A stretch of 64,000 nt of DNA, taken from positions 32,552-96,551 of the forward strand of contig JBAXVC010000008.1 of the NCBI GenBank assembly GCA_037129315.1, written 5' to 3'. Of the stretch, positions 49,929 to 59,269 are shown in pieces. The notes below the pieces were generated by a model. The model had not been told where the DNA came from, did no database searches, and saw only the letters and a list, made by a program, of their open reading frames with translations. The DNA comes from Chitinophagia bacterium (GTDB taxonomy: Bacteria; Bacteroidota; Bacteroidia; Chitinophagales; Chitinophagaceae). The stretch's first letter is position 1, and every line of letters starts with the position of its first letter. The position numbers and the translations under genes are program-made.

Positions 49929-50516
49929 TTATTTAGCTGCATAAATATGAATCGCTAATTGAACATCTTTATCTACCATACCAACGCCATAACTTACCCC
50001 AAATACAGTTCTGTCAAAAGGGAAAAAAGCTTCAGCAAAAAAGCCTTTGTCTTTTTCATTAAGATCAGCACTTCTAATTACTGCTGGAAAGCTAACAGCT
50101 GCTTTAATTCCTTTCATTGTTAAATCGCCTGTAATGTTTACTTTTCCTTCACTTATTTCTTTAACAGAAGTAATTGTAAAAGTGGCTTCGCCAAATTTAG
50201 CAATATCGAAAAAATCTGCTGAAGACAAATGACCTTGTAATCTATCACCACCACGCTCATCTGTTACTTTTAAGCCAGCAATATCGATAACAAAGCTACC
50301 GCCTGTCAATTTACCAGCATTCACCTGTAGTGATCCAGATTTCAAAGGAAAATAACCTGTGTGGAAATCGCTTTTTTTAGAGCCTATCCAATCTACTTTA
50401 CTTTTTTGAGCGTTTACGGTATAAGTAACGCCTTCGGTCATCTTATCTTTTTTTGTAAATGCTACTAAAGAAAAAGATGCAGTGATCAATGTAACTGCTA
50501 AAATGATTTTTTTCAT
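49929..50516 (-). CDS. YceI-family periplasmic protein
   Basis: Signal peptide MKKIILAV, SKVDWIG, RLQGHLSSADFFD, GDLTMKG, FDRTVFGV. Start at ATG 50516; TATTTTTG box at 50559-50566. Confidence 0.9.
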   Translation of the reverse strand: MKKIILAVTLITASFSLVAFTKKDKMTEGVTYTVNAQKSKVDWIGSKKSDFHTGYFPLKSGSLQVNAGKLTGGSFVIDIAGLKVTDERGGDRLQGHLSSADFFDIAKFGEATFTITSVKEISEGKVNITGDLTMKGIKAAVSFPAVIRSADLNEKDKGFFAEAFFPFDRTVFGVSYGVGMVDKDVQLAIHIYAAK

Positions 50517-50716
50517 ATTGGTTTGTGTTTTTTTAATGATTGAGCTAACTAAAATACGCAAAAATATTTGTGTATTCAATTAGTTAAGCTCTGTTATGTA
50601 ATATTTTAATGTTAATAATAGACTGTAAATATATAAATCAATGTTTAAACAACAAAATATATTTTTAGGGTGATTCTATGCCTATAATCTATTATCTTCG
50701 CCAAAATTTAGATTGT

Positions 50717-51928
50717 ATGAATTTGCACGAATATCAAGCAAAGGAATTGCTTAAAAAGTATAATGTTCCAGTTCAAGAAGGCATCGCTGTTGAAACAGTA
50801 GATGCAGCTATTACTGCCTATCATAAAATAGCTGGCGAAACAAATAACAAATTCGCTGTAGTTAAAGCTCAAATACATGCAGGTGGTCGCGGTAAAGGTA
50901 AAATTGTTGGTACTGAACAACGAGGTGTTGCTGTGGGTAAATCAGCAGCAGATATTGAAACTTTTGCAAAAAATATTTTAGGTGGCACATTGGTGACCAT
51001 TCAAACAGGTCCGGCTGGCAAATTGGTTTCTAAGATTTTAATTGCACAGGATGTATATTATGAAGGGCCTCAACCTACTAAAGAATTTTATTTATCAATA
51101 TTACTTGATCGTTCCAAAGGAATGAATGTGATCATGTATAGTACTGAAGGCGGAATGGATATTGAGGAAGTAGCGCATAACACACCTGAAAAAATATTTA
51201 AAGAGTGGATTCATCCAGGTGGTGGTTTGCAAGGTTTTCAAGCAAGGAAAATTGCTTTTAACTTAGGTTTAAGTGGGGATGCTTTAAAAAGTTGTGTGAA
51301 ATTTGTAACCAATTTATATAATGCTTATGTTGGATTAGACTGCGGCATGTTGGAAATTAACCCCCTTTTCAAAACAAGTGATGATAAAATTATTGCCGTA
51401 GATTGTAAAATGAACATTGATGATAATGCTTTAATGCGCCATCCTGATTTATTAGCAATGCGCGATGTATCTGAGGAAGATGCTACCGAAGTAGAAGCAG
51501 GCGAATACAATTTGAATTTTGTCAAATTAGATGGAAACGTAGGTTGTATGGTTAATGGTGCTGGTTTAGCGATGGCCACAATGGATATGATTAAGTTAAG
51601 TGGTGGTGAGCCAGCAAACTTTTTAGATGTTGGTGGTACTGCTAATGCACAAACTGTTGAAGCAGGATTTAGAATTATTTTAAAAGATCCTAATGTAAAA
51701 GCAATTTTAATTAACATCTTTGGTGGCATTGTTCGTTGTGATCGTGTTGCTGCTGGTGTAATTGAAGCTTTCAATAAATTAGGGAATATCAATATCCCCA
51801 TTATTGTTCGTTTACAAGGAACTAATGCTGTGGAAGCAAAGAAATTAATAGATGATAGCGGATTGAAAGTTCAGTCTGCCATTCAATTGAGCGAGGCTGC
51901 AGCACTTGTTAAGCAAGCCGTAGCTTAG
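50717..51928 (+). CDS. sucC: Succinyl-CoA ligase [ADP-forming] beta subunit
   Basis: MNLHEYQAK, KAQIHAGGRGKG, EINPL, GCMVNGAGLAMAT, NFLDVGG, NIFGGIVRCD. Start at ATG 50717; TATCTTCG box at 50693-50700. Confidence 0.97.
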   Translation: MNLHEYQAKELLKKYNVPVQEGIAVETVDAAITAYHKIAGETNNKFAVVKAQIHAGGRGKGKIVGTEQRGVAVGKSAADIETFAKNILGGTLVTIQTGPAGKLVSKILIAQDVYYEGPQPTKEFYLSILLDRSKGMNVIMYSTEGGMDIEEVAHNTPEKIFKEWIHPGGGLQGFQARKIAFNLGLSGDALKSCVKFVTNLYNAYVGLDCGMLEINPLFKTSDDKIIAVDCKMNIDDNALMRHPDLLAMRDVSEEDATEVEAGEYNLNFVKLDGNVGCMVNGAGLAMATMDMIKLSGGEPANFLDVGGTANAQTVEAGFRIILKDPNVKAILINIFGGIVRCDRVAAGVIEAFNKLGNINIPIIVRLQGTNAVEAKKLIDDSGLKVQSAIQLSEAAALVKQAVA

Positions 51929-51950
51929 TTTTAACTCTTTTATGATTTTT

Positions 51951-51984
51951 AAAATACCCTCGAAAACACGGGGGTATTTTTTTT
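51951..51984 (+). terminator. Intrinsic terminator of sucC
   Basis: AAAATACCCTCG-aaaaca-CGGGGGTATTTT followed by TTTT; the single T-G pair favours the plus strand. Confidence 0.85.
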
Positions 51985-51994
51985 ATAATTCCAT

Positions 51995-52624
51995 TTAATC
52001 TTTCGGTAATAGTTTTACTTCGGTAAGGGCACTGAATAAATAAATTTGCCCTGTAGCTACTTCAACACATTCAATTCTAATGCGACGTTTTTTACCACGC
52101 ATAAAAATTTTACCATTCAGCGACTCAAACAAAGTGCCCTCCGCAATATGTGCAACCCAATTCACCCCCTCTTTTTTAATTTCATTATAACGCCTCAAAA
52201 CCAATAACAACTTCGTTTCCCCATTTGCAGTAGCAGCAGGATTCAGCAATGTTTTATTTAAAGCCTTTTTAATATCTACCGGAAAAATATCCATTTGAAT
52301 GAAGGAAGCCAATAAACGGCCGTAAATATTTTTCCATTCTTTCCCATGTGCTTCCACCCTATTTCTGAATTGTTCGTAACATAATAAATGCGCAAGTTCA
52401 TGCAACAAAGTAATTAAAAACTCATATTTATTCAGGTTCCCATTTACTGTAATTTTATGATTTGCGCCTTGAAATGCATGGCGATAATCACCTAAGACCG
52501 ACTTTCTTGCCTTGGTAACTGTTAAGTGAACTTTGTATTGGTTTATTAATCCAACCACTGGATCAAATGAACCATCGGGCAAATAGGCATTCAGTGCATG
52601 TAATGGATGTTCAACCTTTGCCAA
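51995..52624 (-). CDS. SprT-like zinc metalloprotease domain protein
   Basis: RKSVLGDYR, ITVNGNLN, TLLHELAH (HExxH), HGKEWK. TTG start at 52624 preferred, which removes the overlap with the upstream gene. Confidence 0.85.
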   Translation of the reverse strand: MAKVEHPLHALNAYLPDGSFDPVVGLINQYKVHLTVTKARKSVLGDYRHAFQGANHKITVNGNLNKYEFLITLLHELAHLLCYEQFRNRVEAHGKEWKNIYGRLLASFIQMDIFPVDIKKALNKTLLNPAATANGETKLLLVLRRYNEIKKEGVNWVAHIAEGTLFESLNGKIFMRGKKRRIRIECVEVATGQIYLFSALTEVKLLPKD

Positions 52625-52662
52625 ATGATTTAATTTAGAAATTGTGTGTAAAGTATGCGAGT

Positions 52663-53046
52663 CTATTTTTTTATGGCCCATTTAATCTCTAACCAAGTAT
52701 AGATTAAGTATAACCCCATACTCGCAAGTAAAGTGACCATCCCTACCGGTACATTGGTTTGTTTTACATATATAATTGCAGCGCCAATAAAAACAACCAT
52801 CTTTAATAAAGTGCCTAAAATAACCGAACGAACCATCGCATTAGGATTGGACTTATCTATCTTATTAATTCTAATAAAATTAACAACAGCCATCATAAAC
52901 AACATTAAATTAACCGCCATTAAAAAACTAACTTTTAAGGAAGCGATCACCAAAAAACCAGACGATGCGAGTTGTTGATACCCATATAAAACAAGTGCTA
53001 ATAAAATAAAAGTAATCATTACTGGTACAAAGTGTTTTGTTGTCAT
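52663..53046 (-). CDS. 4-TM protein resembling ATP synthase protein I
   Basis: 127 aa with four hydrophobic helices and KMVVF; follows an AtpZ/AtpI-like gene. Confidence 0.55.
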   Translation of the reverse strand: MTTKHFVPVMITFILLALVLYGYQQLASSGFLVIASLKVSFLMAVNLMLFMMAVVNFIRINKIDKSNPNAMVRSVILGTLLKMVVFIGAAIIYVKQTNVPVGMVTLLASMGLYLIYTWLEIKWAIKK

Positions 53047-53071
53047 AGTTGTAATTTAATATAGCCTTTTA

Positions 53072-53299
53072 CTATTTTTTGGGTTGAGTCTCCTTAATGA
53101 TGCGAACCAATGTATAAAAAATAAAAATGGAAGGTAAAATCCAAGCAAATCGATTTTTAAAATGGAAATAAGTGTCTATTTTTTTTCCAGCATACAATAA
53201 TAGTAACAACCCAGTAATTAACTGAGTACCTAATCCAGCATATTTGGACCAACTGGCAGTGGGTTTAATTGTTTTTTTATCGTGAGTTTGTAAAGACAC
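53072..53299 (-). CDS. AtpZ/AtpI-family 2-TM protein
   Basis: KYAGLGTQL...YAGKKIDTYF matches the G.Q...G..LD pattern of this family; GTG start. Confidence 0.7.
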   Translation of the reverse strand: MSLQTHDKKTIKPTASWSKYAGLGTQLITGLLLLLYAGKKIDTYFHFKNRFAWILPSIFIFYTLVRIIKETQPKK

Positions 53300-53304
53300 A
53301 ATAA

Positions 53305-53700
53305 TTAATCTTTTGAAGGTAAACTTTCGGGCAAATTTAATGGGAGGGTATCCAATGATTGAACATTACCTTCGGTTAGTACTTTTTTTAGCCCTTCTAA
53401 ATATTGCTCTTTAAAATGTAATGTTTGTTCTAAGGAGTCGGTCCTTATTTTTAATAGTTGAAGTGCTGTTTGGCTTTCTTTAGTCCCATAACCAGGAATG
53501 TAGTATTTAAGTGGCGTAAACGCAATTAATGCAATGGTCAAACCCACTAGTAAAATAAAGCTTATACTAAAACCAACATATACCGAAGTTCGAGACAATC
53601 TAAAGGCGATGACTTCGTCATAAGTGTCATCATTCATGATAACTAAACGATAGGTATTACTTGTTCGTTTAAATGTGTTATTATCGTCTAAAATTGCCAT
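53305..53700 (-). CDS. Protein matching the N-terminal anchor/coiled-coil of Bacteroidota M23 peptidases, with no catalytic domain
   Basis: YRLVIMNDDTYDEV..FRLSR, TM helix, FTPLKYYIPGYG, RTDSLEQ; stops at about 131 aa. Start at ATG 53700. Confidence 0.7.
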   Translation of the reverse strand: MAILDDNNTFKRTSNTYRLVIMNDDTYDEVIAFRLSRTSVYVGFSISFILLVGLTIALIAFTPLKYYIPGYGTKESQTALQLLKIRTDSLEQTLHFKEQYLEGLKKVLTEGNVQSLDTLPLNLPESLPSKD

Positions 53701-53771
53701 AATAAAAGTTGCTTGATAAAGATACAAAATAAACAGAATTAATTGTATTTTTAGTCGACTTAAGTAACACT

Positions 53772-56700
53772 ATGCAATTGTTGAAAATCCCTATAAATCA
53801 CTGTCTAAACACTTTCCTAGTTCTAGGCTTTGTTTTCTTGGGAAATACGGGTGTTTTTGCTCAGGATTCGGCAAAATCAATACTCAATATTAATAACAGT
53901 AAAATAATAAAAAAAGTCAATAGCGTTTTAGATTCAAATCAAAAAAAGATCAATAATTTTTTATTTAAGAATCTAGATAAAGTCAAAGAAAAATTAGATA
54001 GCAATACTCGAAAATTTGTGCCATTAGAAGAGGATCGCCCTCTGCCCTATGAATTGCTACTGAAAAAAAAATATACCCTTGGCCGTAGAGCTTATCAAAA
54101 TACTGTTTCTCAATATAATTTCATTTTTCATGCCGAACAGGAACTTTTAGGTTTTATAGATGATGCTAGATTAAACCTACAAGAAGATTATACCACCCTA
54201 CTCCCTTTTTATGATTATGATTTAAACACGATTGCAAAGAGAGATATTGATTCCATCATATACAGATGCAATGCAAATATTGTTTTACATGACTTAAGAA
54301 GCAATTGGGTGGATGATGCTTATCTACTTTTAGCAAAATCATATCTGTATCATAAAAATTTTGATACAGCTGGTAGCCTACTACAATATATCAACTATGC
54401 CTTTGATGACAAAGAAGCTGGAATGGACATTCCAATAGGAAGTAATTTAAGAAATACCAATGGAAAGTTTACTATTGCAACAAAGGAGAATACACGTTTT
54501 TATGAGAATAAAAATATTCGAAATGAAAGCATGTTGTGGCAAGCAAGAAATTATTTTGAAACCAACTCGATAAATGAGGGTTTAAGTTTATTACAACTTT
54601 TAAAATCAGACGCTTTTTTCCCTGTTCGGCTGTACCCTTTTTTAAGTGAGCAATTTGCATATGGGTATTATCAGAGTGAATTATATGATAGCGCTGCCAA
54701 TTATTTAATAAAAGCATTACCCAATGCGCCCGATTTACTGGCTAAAACGAGATGGTATTATTTGATTGGGCAATTATGTGAAAAAACAGATAATTATAAG
54801 AAAGCTTATACTTGGTATGAAAAAGCCAACAAGGAATCATTAAATCCATTACTAAGCGTATATGCAAAGATCAATTTAATTAAGATCGATTTTAAGCAAA
54901 ATCAAACACCTTGGCTGGAATTAGCTCAATCCCTTGAGCGAATGGCGAAAAAAGAAAGATATAAGCCTTTTACTGATATCATCTACTTTGAGATGGCTAA
55001 GTTAGCAATACAAAACAAAGCATTTGACAAAGCCAATGAATGGTTATTGGTATCCATCAAAAAAAATGAAAACGGTTTAATTCAAAAGCAAAAAGCATTC
55101 GAACTTCTTGCAGCTATTAATTACAATACAAGCCGATATGATGTATCTAAATTAGCATATGATAGTTTGAATCTCATCTTAAAAACCAACCCTGATTATA
55201 ATAAAATCATAGATCGAAAAAAATGGCTACCTCAAATACAAATCAATGACAAAATTATTCAGCAACAAGATACCCTGCAATGGATATCTAAATTAGATAG
55301 CAGTATACAAGTAACACAATTTAATTCGTGGCAAAACAATGAAAAATTGAAAGCAGCTCAATTACAATCGTTATTTATTGACGAAACAATCAAAAAGCCT
55401 AACCTCAATAATATACCTGCCAACAATTTCTACAACAATACAGGATTTGGGAATAATAACAAGAATTTTACTGATAACAATAGCGCAAACCCTTTAAATC
55501 AAAATAGAAATGATGTAAGTGATTTTTATTTCGAAAATTCAAATTCTATTGAATTAGGAAAACAAAATTTTATACAAAAATGGGGTAGCCGTCCTAATGT
55601 AGATCAATGGCGTCGTAAAACAAGTAATGCTATCGTAAGTAAAACATCCACTACTAATGAATTAACACAGGGCCGTTATCAACAAGACAGTTCAAAAGTC
55701 ATTGACACAATAAAAACCACAGCAAAAGCTGATAATTCAGCTTCATCAGCTCAGCTCCTTTCTAGTGAAGAAGCATTCAAGCAATCTAAAATTGAATTGA
55801 ATAAAAAAGCATTTGAAAATGCGCAAATATTTTTATTGCAACTTAATGATTTTGAAAAAGCACTACCACTATATAAAAAAGCTATTGACTTAAATATGGA
55901 TTCTGTCATTACCGAAAGAAGCTATTTAGATATCGCTAGCCAATACATACACGAAGGTCATAAGGCATCCGCAGATAGTATCATACAATTAGTTCAACAA
56001 TTATTTCCAAATGGTATTTACTTTAACAATAAATCAAGTGTTGAAAATAAAAAAACAAAAGATAAAAGTGTTGAAGATAATTACAAGGAAGCCTATTTTT
56101 TAGCACAAATTGGAAATTGGAAAAACTTAAATAATTTAACTCCGTTACTAGATCAGCAACTCCGAAAAACAAAGTGGTTTGCCGCCTACCAATTTTTAAA
56201 AGTTAAAATGTATGCCCAACAGCGAATGGATAGCACTGCATTGATACTCTTGGATTCGATCATTTACTTACATCAAAATGAACGCATTCGCGATCGCGCA
56301 AAAAACATCATTGAAGAAATTAAAAACAGAAAAGAAACGGAACTATACTTGACTAAATTAAATCCTGATTCTTTAAAAATGGCTAATAAATTGATCGATT
56401 TATCGGTTAATCCAATTAAGGATTTGGTGATTGCAAGTAAACCTCCTGCCATCTCCGCTATATTAGATACAACTCAAAAGGCTGCGATAGAAGATGGCTT
56501 ATTTTTCAACAAAGATGAAGCAGAACCTCACTATATTGCCCTACTTACAAATAATGTGAAAGAGATTATGGTTAAAGAAGTGGTGAATGCTATGACTTAT
56601 TTAAATAAGGACGAATTCTCAAAACAAAAATTAGATGTAACTTACCTTGAATTTGATGAAAATGTATTTATTGTCTGGATTGGCCCCTTTGAAAATTTAA

Positions 56701-56879
56701 ACAGTAGTACCAGCTATTTAAATAAAACAAAAAATAGGCTTAGTTCAGAAATATTGTCATTTATCCCAGCTAAACAATATGAATTATATATCTTAGGGAA
56801 ATCAAATATTGTACAAATTAAAAACAGGGACCACTTACAAAAATACAAGGCCTACATGTTTAAAAATATTTATAAATAG
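53772..56879 (+). CDS. sprE: Type IX secretion/gliding TPR protein SprE/PorW
   Basis: YQNTVSQYNFIF, SNWVDDAYLLLAKSY, multiple TPR helices, FIQKWGSRPNVDQWRRK; 1035 aa. Confidence 0.75.
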   Translation: MQLLKIPINHCLNTFLVLGFVFLGNTGVFAQDSAKSILNINNSKIIKKVNSVLDSNQKKINNFLFKNLDKVKEKLDSNTRKFVPLEEDRPLPYELLLKKKYTLGRRAYQNTVSQYNFIFHAEQELLGFIDDARLNLQEDYTTLLPFYDYDLNTIAKRDIDSIIYRCNANIVLHDLRSNWVDDAYLLLAKSYLYHKNFDTAGSLLQYINYAFDDKEAGMDIPIGSNLRNTNGKFTIATKENTRFYENKNIRNESMLWQARNYFETNSINEGLSLLQLLKSDAFFPVRLYPFLSEQFAYGYYQSELYDSAANYLIKALPNAPDLLAKTRWYYLIGQLCEKTDNYKKAYTWYEKANKESLNPLLSVYAKINLIKIDFKQNQTPWLELAQSLERMAKKERYKPFTDIIYFEMAKLAIQNKAFDKANEWLLVSIKKNENGLIQKQKAFELLAAINYNTSRYDVSKLAYDSLNLILKTNPDYNKIIDRKKWLPQIQINDKIIQQQDTLQWISKLDSSIQVTQFNSWQNNEKLKAAQLQSLFIDETIKKPNLNNIPANNFYNNTGFGNNNKNFTDNNSANPLNQNRNDVSDFYFENSNSIELGKQNFIQKWGSRPNVDQWRRKTSNAIVSKTSTTNELTQGRYQQDSSKVIDTIKTTAKADNSASSAQLLSSEEAFKQSKIELNKKAFENAQIFLLQLNDFEKALPLYKKAIDLNMDSVITERSYLDIASQYIHEGHKASADSIIQLVQQLFPNGIYFNNKSSVENKKTKDKSVEDNYKEAYFLAQIGNWKNLNNLTPLLDQQLRKTKWFAAYQFLKVKMYAQQRMDSTALILLDSIIYLHQNERIRDRAKNIIEEIKNRKETELYLTKLNPDSLKMANKLIDLSVNPIKDLVIASKPPAISAILDTTQKAAIEDGLFFNKDEAEPHYIALLTNNVKEIMVKEVVNAMTYLNKDEFSKQKLDVTYLEFDENVFIVWIGPFENLNSSTSYLNKTKNRLSSEILSFIPAKQYELYILGKSNIVQIKNRDHLQKYKAYMFKNIYK

Positions 56880-56892
56880 TAAAGAATTAGCA

Positions 56893-59268
56893 TTGAAACC
56901 CACAACCAACCATACAGATAAGCCTAAAAATTGGGTACGCCTATTTTGGAAATATTATTTTATTACGGCGGGTGTGATTTTATTGTTTTTACTGATGCTC
57001 AATTTTGGTTGGATTGGGGACATGCCCGATCTAGATGATATTGAAAACCCCACTGCTTCCCTTGCAAGCCAAGTATATGCCCAGGATGGCACTCCTATGG
57101 GGAAATATTACTTAGAGGATCGTATAAGTGTAAAGTTTCGAGATATTAGCCCCTATTTAACGCAAGCGCTAGTGGCAACAGAGGATAAAAGATTTTACGA
57201 CCATTATGGTATCGACGGAGAAGGATTAATTCGCGCTGTTGCTTTTCTTGGAAGCCAGGGCGGCGCTTCTACGATTAGTATGCAAACAGCAAAAAATTTA
57301 TTCACTAACAACTGGAGTACAAAAAACAAAATATTAAGATTAATTCAAAAAATTAAGGAAAGTATTATTGCCATAAAATTGGAACGCAACTTTACTAAGC
57401 AAGAAATTTTAACCCTATATCTAAATACAGTGCCTTTTAGTGATAATTTATTTGGTGTTAGTAATGCTTCAAGGACTTTCTTCCAAAAGGAACCTGACCG
57501 GTTATCCATCGAGGAAGCCGCCCTTTTAATTGGAATGATTAATGCGCCCACTAAATACAACCCCAATCGGAATCCAAAACTAGCCTTAGAAAGACGCAAT
57601 CTTGTGATAAATCGTATGGCAGCGCAAAAATATATTAGTACAGACCAGGCCGAACAAATTAAGCAACACCCTATTGTCACCAGTTATCGAAAACTAGACG
57701 AGAACAATGGACTAGGCCCCTACTTTAGAATGACTTTAGGCGAATACATGAAAAAATGGTGTAAGGAGCATAAAAAAAATAACGGTGACCCTTATAATTT
57801 ATATCGTGATGGATTAAAAATATATACTACCATTAATCCTCGCATGCAGTTATATGCAGAAGAAGCAGTTGCAAAACATATGTCATATTTGCAACGCGAA
57901 TTTAATAAGCAAACCAACATTAAGTCTGGAAAAATTTGGAATGATTTTAGTACTCAATTAGAACTAGCAATTAAACAAACAGATCGTTGGAGAAATGCCA
58001 AGAAGGATGAAATGGAGGACGCGGAAATCAGAAAAACATTTGATGAACCTATTAATATGCGTGTTTTTGCTTGGAACAAAAATAGATATATTGATACAAT
58101 AATGACCCCTTTGGATTCATTAAAATACCATAAGCAAATGCTGCAGACTGGTTTTTTAGCGGTGGATCCATTTACAGGCGAAGTAAAAGCATGGGTGGGT
58201 GGTGTTGACTTTAAAACTTTTAAATATGATCACGTTAATACTAATACAAGGCGTCAAGTAGGGTCTACTATTAAACCTTTATTGTATTCCATGGCTATTG
58301 AGAAAGCAGGATTTACTCCATTTACAATTGTACAAGATCAACAACAAAATTTTGACGGATATGGCATGGTGCCTAATACTTCAAAAACATGTACAGGCAT
58401 GTCCATGCCAATGGCACAAGCCTTAGCGGAGTCTCGCAACTGCGCTTCGGCTTATATTATGAAACAAATCAATGGCAAGGGAAACGAAGCAGCAAAACAA
58501 TTTGTTGAGTATTTAAAAAAATGCAATATTCAAGCCGACTTAACTGCCTATCCTTCTATTGCATTAGGTGCTGTCGAAATTTCATTATACGAAATGGTTC
58601 AAGCTTATACTATGTTCCCTGGGGGTGGCTATAATGCACAACCCTTATTTATAAATCGCATTGAAGATAAAAACGGAAATGTATTGGAAAGTTTTTCGCC
58701 TCAACGAAGAAAAGTAATTAGCGAAGTAACTGCTTATTCGGTTGTAAGTATGATGCAAGGTGTCATTTCCAAAGGAACTGGCCGAAGCTTATATTCATTT
58801 GACATTAAAGCACAATCCATTGCAGGTAAAACAGGTACCACCAATGATAATAGTGATTTATGGTTTATGGGTTATACCCCACAATTATTAGCGGGCGCTT
58901 GGGTGGGATGTGATGATCGATACATTCGTTTTTCAGATAATTATTTTGGACAAGGCGCACATGCCTCCCTCCCTATTTGGGCTTACTTTATGAATAAGGT
59001 GACCGCCGATCCTGCATGTAATTTAGATCCTAACGCTAACTTTGAAAGACCTTCCAACATCGTAGGTGATTTTAATAATATCAATTTTGTTTCAACAGAC
59101 AGTACCCTTCTTGATACTGAAATCCCATCATTAATAAAGGACGATGAAATTAAAGGCGAATCGGATTATGTGATCCCCGCAGCAGAAAAACCAATCAAAA
59201 AGGAAACAGCCCCAACAAATAAGGAAGCCATAAAGCCAAAGGCTTTGTTTCCTGTGAAGAAAAAATAA
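56893..59268 (+). CDS. mrcA: Class A penicillin-binding protein 1A
   Basis: GT51 motifs ATEDKRFY and GASTISMQTAKNL; transpeptidase GSTIKP (SxxK), SRN, KTGT. TTG start at 56893 after the sprE stop. Confidence 0.92.
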   Translation: MKPTTNHTDKPKNWVRLFWKYYFITAGVILLFLLMLNFGWIGDMPDLDDIENPTASLASQVYAQDGTPMGKYYLEDRISVKFRDISPYLTQALVATEDKRFYDHYGIDGEGLIRAVAFLGSQGGASTISMQTAKNLFTNNWSTKNKILRLIQKIKESIIAIKLERNFTKQEILTLYLNTVPFSDNLFGVSNASRTFFQKEPDRLSIEEAALLIGMINAPTKYNPNRNPKLALERRNLVINRMAAQKYISTDQAEQIKQHPIVTSYRKLDENNGLGPYFRMTLGEYMKKWCKEHKKNNGDPYNLYRDGLKIYTTINPRMQLYAEEAVAKHMSYLQREFNKQTNIKSGKIWNDFSTQLELAIKQTDRWRNAKKDEMEDAEIRKTFDEPINMRVFAWNKNRYIDTIMTPLDSLKYHKQMLQTGFLAVDPFTGEVKAWVGGVDFKTFKYDHVNTNTRRQVGSTIKPLLYSMAIEKAGFTPFTIVQDQQQNFDGYGMVPNTSKTCTGMSMPMAQALAESRNCASAYIMKQINGKGNEAAKQFVEYLKKCNIQADLTAYPSIALGAVEISLYEMVQAYTMFPGGGYNAQPLFINRIEDKNGNVLESFSPQRRKVISEVTAYSVVSMMQGVISKGTGRSLYSFDIKAQSIAGKTGTTNDNSDLWFMGYTPQLLAGAWVGCDDRYIRFSDNYFGQGAHASLPIWAYFMNKVTADPACNLDPNANFERPSNIVGDFNNINFVSTDSTLLDTEIPSLIKDDEIKGESDYVIPAAEKPIKKETAPTNKEAIKPKALFPVKKK

Positions 59269-59269
59269 A

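Noticed and set aside
53305-53727. Pseudogene call for the truncated M23-like ORF
   Set aside because: There is no downstream remnant or frameshift; it has a normal start context and a clean stop, so it is kept as a CDS.
56809-56892. 71-bp sprE/mrcA overlap and 19-bp atpI-like/sprT overlap in the ORF track
   Set aside because: These are artefacts of taking the longest ORF; in-frame TTG starts at 56893 and 52624 remove them.
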